Shown: one piece after another, positions 62,726-64,000 of the stretch
How positions within the stretch are numbered: position 1 is the stretch's first letter
How the letters are laid out: every line of letters starts with the position of its first letter
Source of the DNA: Gammaproteobacteria bacterium
GTDB taxonomy: Bacteria; Pseudomonadota; Gammaproteobacteria; SZUA-229
Reading direction: 5' to 3'
Assembly: GCA_029882215.1 (NCBI GenBank)
Contig: JAOULC010000007.1
Span: 13,546-77,545, forward strand
Length of the DNA stretch: 64,000 nt
Notes under the pieces: generated by a model
Told to the model about the DNA's origin: nothing
The model's input: only the letters and a program-made list of their open reading frames with translations
The model's database searches: none
Made by a program: the position numbers and the translations under genes

Positions 62726-63219
62726 AAGTTTCCCGCCGCATGAAGCGGATGTCTTCAACCAACAAGCATAAAGCAGGAGGGCTAAGCCTTGTTTCATTAA
62801 TGGATGTATTTACCATACTGGTATTCTTCCTGCTGACCAACTCATCATCTGATGAAGTGTTAACTAACCCGAAAGAAATTGCCTTGCCGGAGTCGTCGAT
62901 AGAGACCAAGCCACGCACCACGATTGTCATCTTTGTCGGCGCTGAAACCATCCTGGTACAGGGTGAGATCGTGATGTTAACGGCGGATGCACTCGAGCAA
63001 AAAGCAGAAATTCTCAGGCCGGTAAAAGACAAACTACTGGCGCAAAAAGACAACGTAATTGGTGTCTCTACAAAGGCTATTGCCGAGAGCACCGAGGTTA
63101 CCGTGCTGGCTGATAAAAAGGTACCTTTCTATTTGCTAAAGAAAATTATGACGACAAGTACCAGTTCAGGGTATGAAAAAATCTCCCTGGCGGTAATCCA
63201 GAAAGCAGCTAAAAGCTAG
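62722..63219 (+). CDS. ExbD/TolR-family subunit 2
   Basis: LSLVSLMDVFTILVFFLL TM, LPES, ADKKVPF, ISLAV. Confidence 0.88.
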   Translation: MKVSRRMKRMSSTNKHKAGGLSLVSLMDVFTILVFFLLTNSSSDEVLTNPKEIALPESSIETKPRTTIVIFVGAETILVQGEIVMLTADALEQKAEILRPVKDKLLAQKDNVIGVSTKAIAESTEVTVLADKKVPFYLLKKIMTTSTSSGYEKISLAVIQKAAKS

Positions 63220-63228
63220 AGTGATATT

Positions 63229-64000
63229 GTGACGACCTTAGCTTCATCAAAACAACAGGACTTAGACAGCCAGATTCAGCAGGCTACACGTGAGCACGAG
63301 CAGTTAAAGCAAAAGCTGCTGACTGTAGAAACCGAGCTTGAAGACAAACTCGGCCAGCTTTCAGACTATCAGCAACTGATTGAAATCAGCAACCAGCTTG
63401 AACAGTTACACAGCTCCGGTGCCGGCCAGCTTTTCTGGGAAGGATTGTTTTCAAGCGAGCAGGAACTGATATCACATATTGCTGTACTGCGTAAAAAAGC
63501 AAGCGACTACGATGCCGCCATCGAAGCCATCAGACAGAAAAAACTGGACGTAGAACACAAGATTAAAGATGTCATTCACAAAATGGCATTTCTTGAGGAA
63601 GATCTCCAGTTACTGCAGGAACTGGAAGCTGACAAAGAAAATGACTTTAATGTTACCCGTGATATAGACAGACTCCCGCACCGGGAAACCATCATGCCAT
63701 GGAGCGGTACCAAAGAAGATCAGAGACGAATCCGCTCTTTTTTGTTGCTGGCCATTATATTCAGCATCTCATCCGCTCTGCTTATTCCTTTATGGACTCA
63801 GCCCATTCCTGATAAAGATGAAGTAGTTAAAATACCTGAGCGCCTGACTAAATTTATTGAGAAGAAAAAGGAAAAAGAAAAACCCAAGCCTGAAGCTAAA
63901 ACGCAGAAAAAGGCTGCCTCATCCGATACCAAGCCAACTGAAAAGGAAACCAAGAAAGCGCGTGAAAAAGCTGCTAATTCTGGCCTGCTGGCTTTCAAAA
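63229..64000 (+). CDS. GltG/AgmX-PglI-like single-TM TonB-type protein, 3'-truncated (not in the ORF track)
   Basis: Frame 1 is open from GTG 63229 to the window end: MTTLASSKQQ...coiled coil...IMPWSGTKEDQRRIRS-TM-IPERLTK, K/E/P-rich linker, AREKAANSGLLAF. Confidence 0.8.
   Translation, partial: MTTLASSKQQDLDSQIQQATREHEQLKQKLLTVETELEDKLGQLSDYQQLIEISNQLEQLHSSGAGQLFWEGLFSSEQELISHIAVLRKKASDYDAAIEAIRQKKLDVEHKIKDVIHKMAFLEEDLQLLQELEADKENDFNVTRDIDRLPHRETIMPWSGTKEDQRRIRSFLLLAIIFSISSALLIPLWTQPIPDKDEVVKIPERLTKFIEKKKEKEKPKPEAKTQKKAASSDTKPTEKETKKAREKAANSGLLAFK

Overview
Gene-dense, mostly core-genome window (GC about 44% by eye) from what looks like a free-living, probably marine and possibly sulfur-metabolising gammaproteobacterium; this placement is inferred from gene content and Pseudomonas-like synteny. 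From left to right: the 3' part of ndh; an SLC13-permease/nhaD pair; an orphan histidine kinase; sulP divergent from a PP-loop tRNA thiolase plus tusA; a beta-carbonic anhydrase; a CheY-like regulator; a four-gene envelope cluster (transglutaminase-like protein, LPP20 lipoprotein, MltC-like transglycosylase, second lipoprotein); the cyt c4-resB-ccsB-dsbA-DGC / engB / polA region; LOG and thrB; a degenerate PAS-GGDEF-EAL protein; uvrD; dapF-yigA-xerC...hslVU-ubiEJB; a TRAP transporter plus TauE; a TIGR03546/TIGR03545 operon; and, running off the right edge, an Agl-Glt-like TPR/TolQR/TonB operon. No tRNA, rRNA, CRISPR array or mobile element was seen. The best leads are (1) two convergent small-RNA candidates in the polA-engB interval that share 10 nt of complementarity, (2) the LPP20/MltC/transglutaminase cluster whose two enzymes share an N-terminal helix, (3) the Agl-Glt-like motor in which one ExbD has an Asp/Asn swap, and (4) the TIGR03545/46 operon with a YfiM-like protein. 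All family assignments come from motifs recognised by eye, not from database searches.
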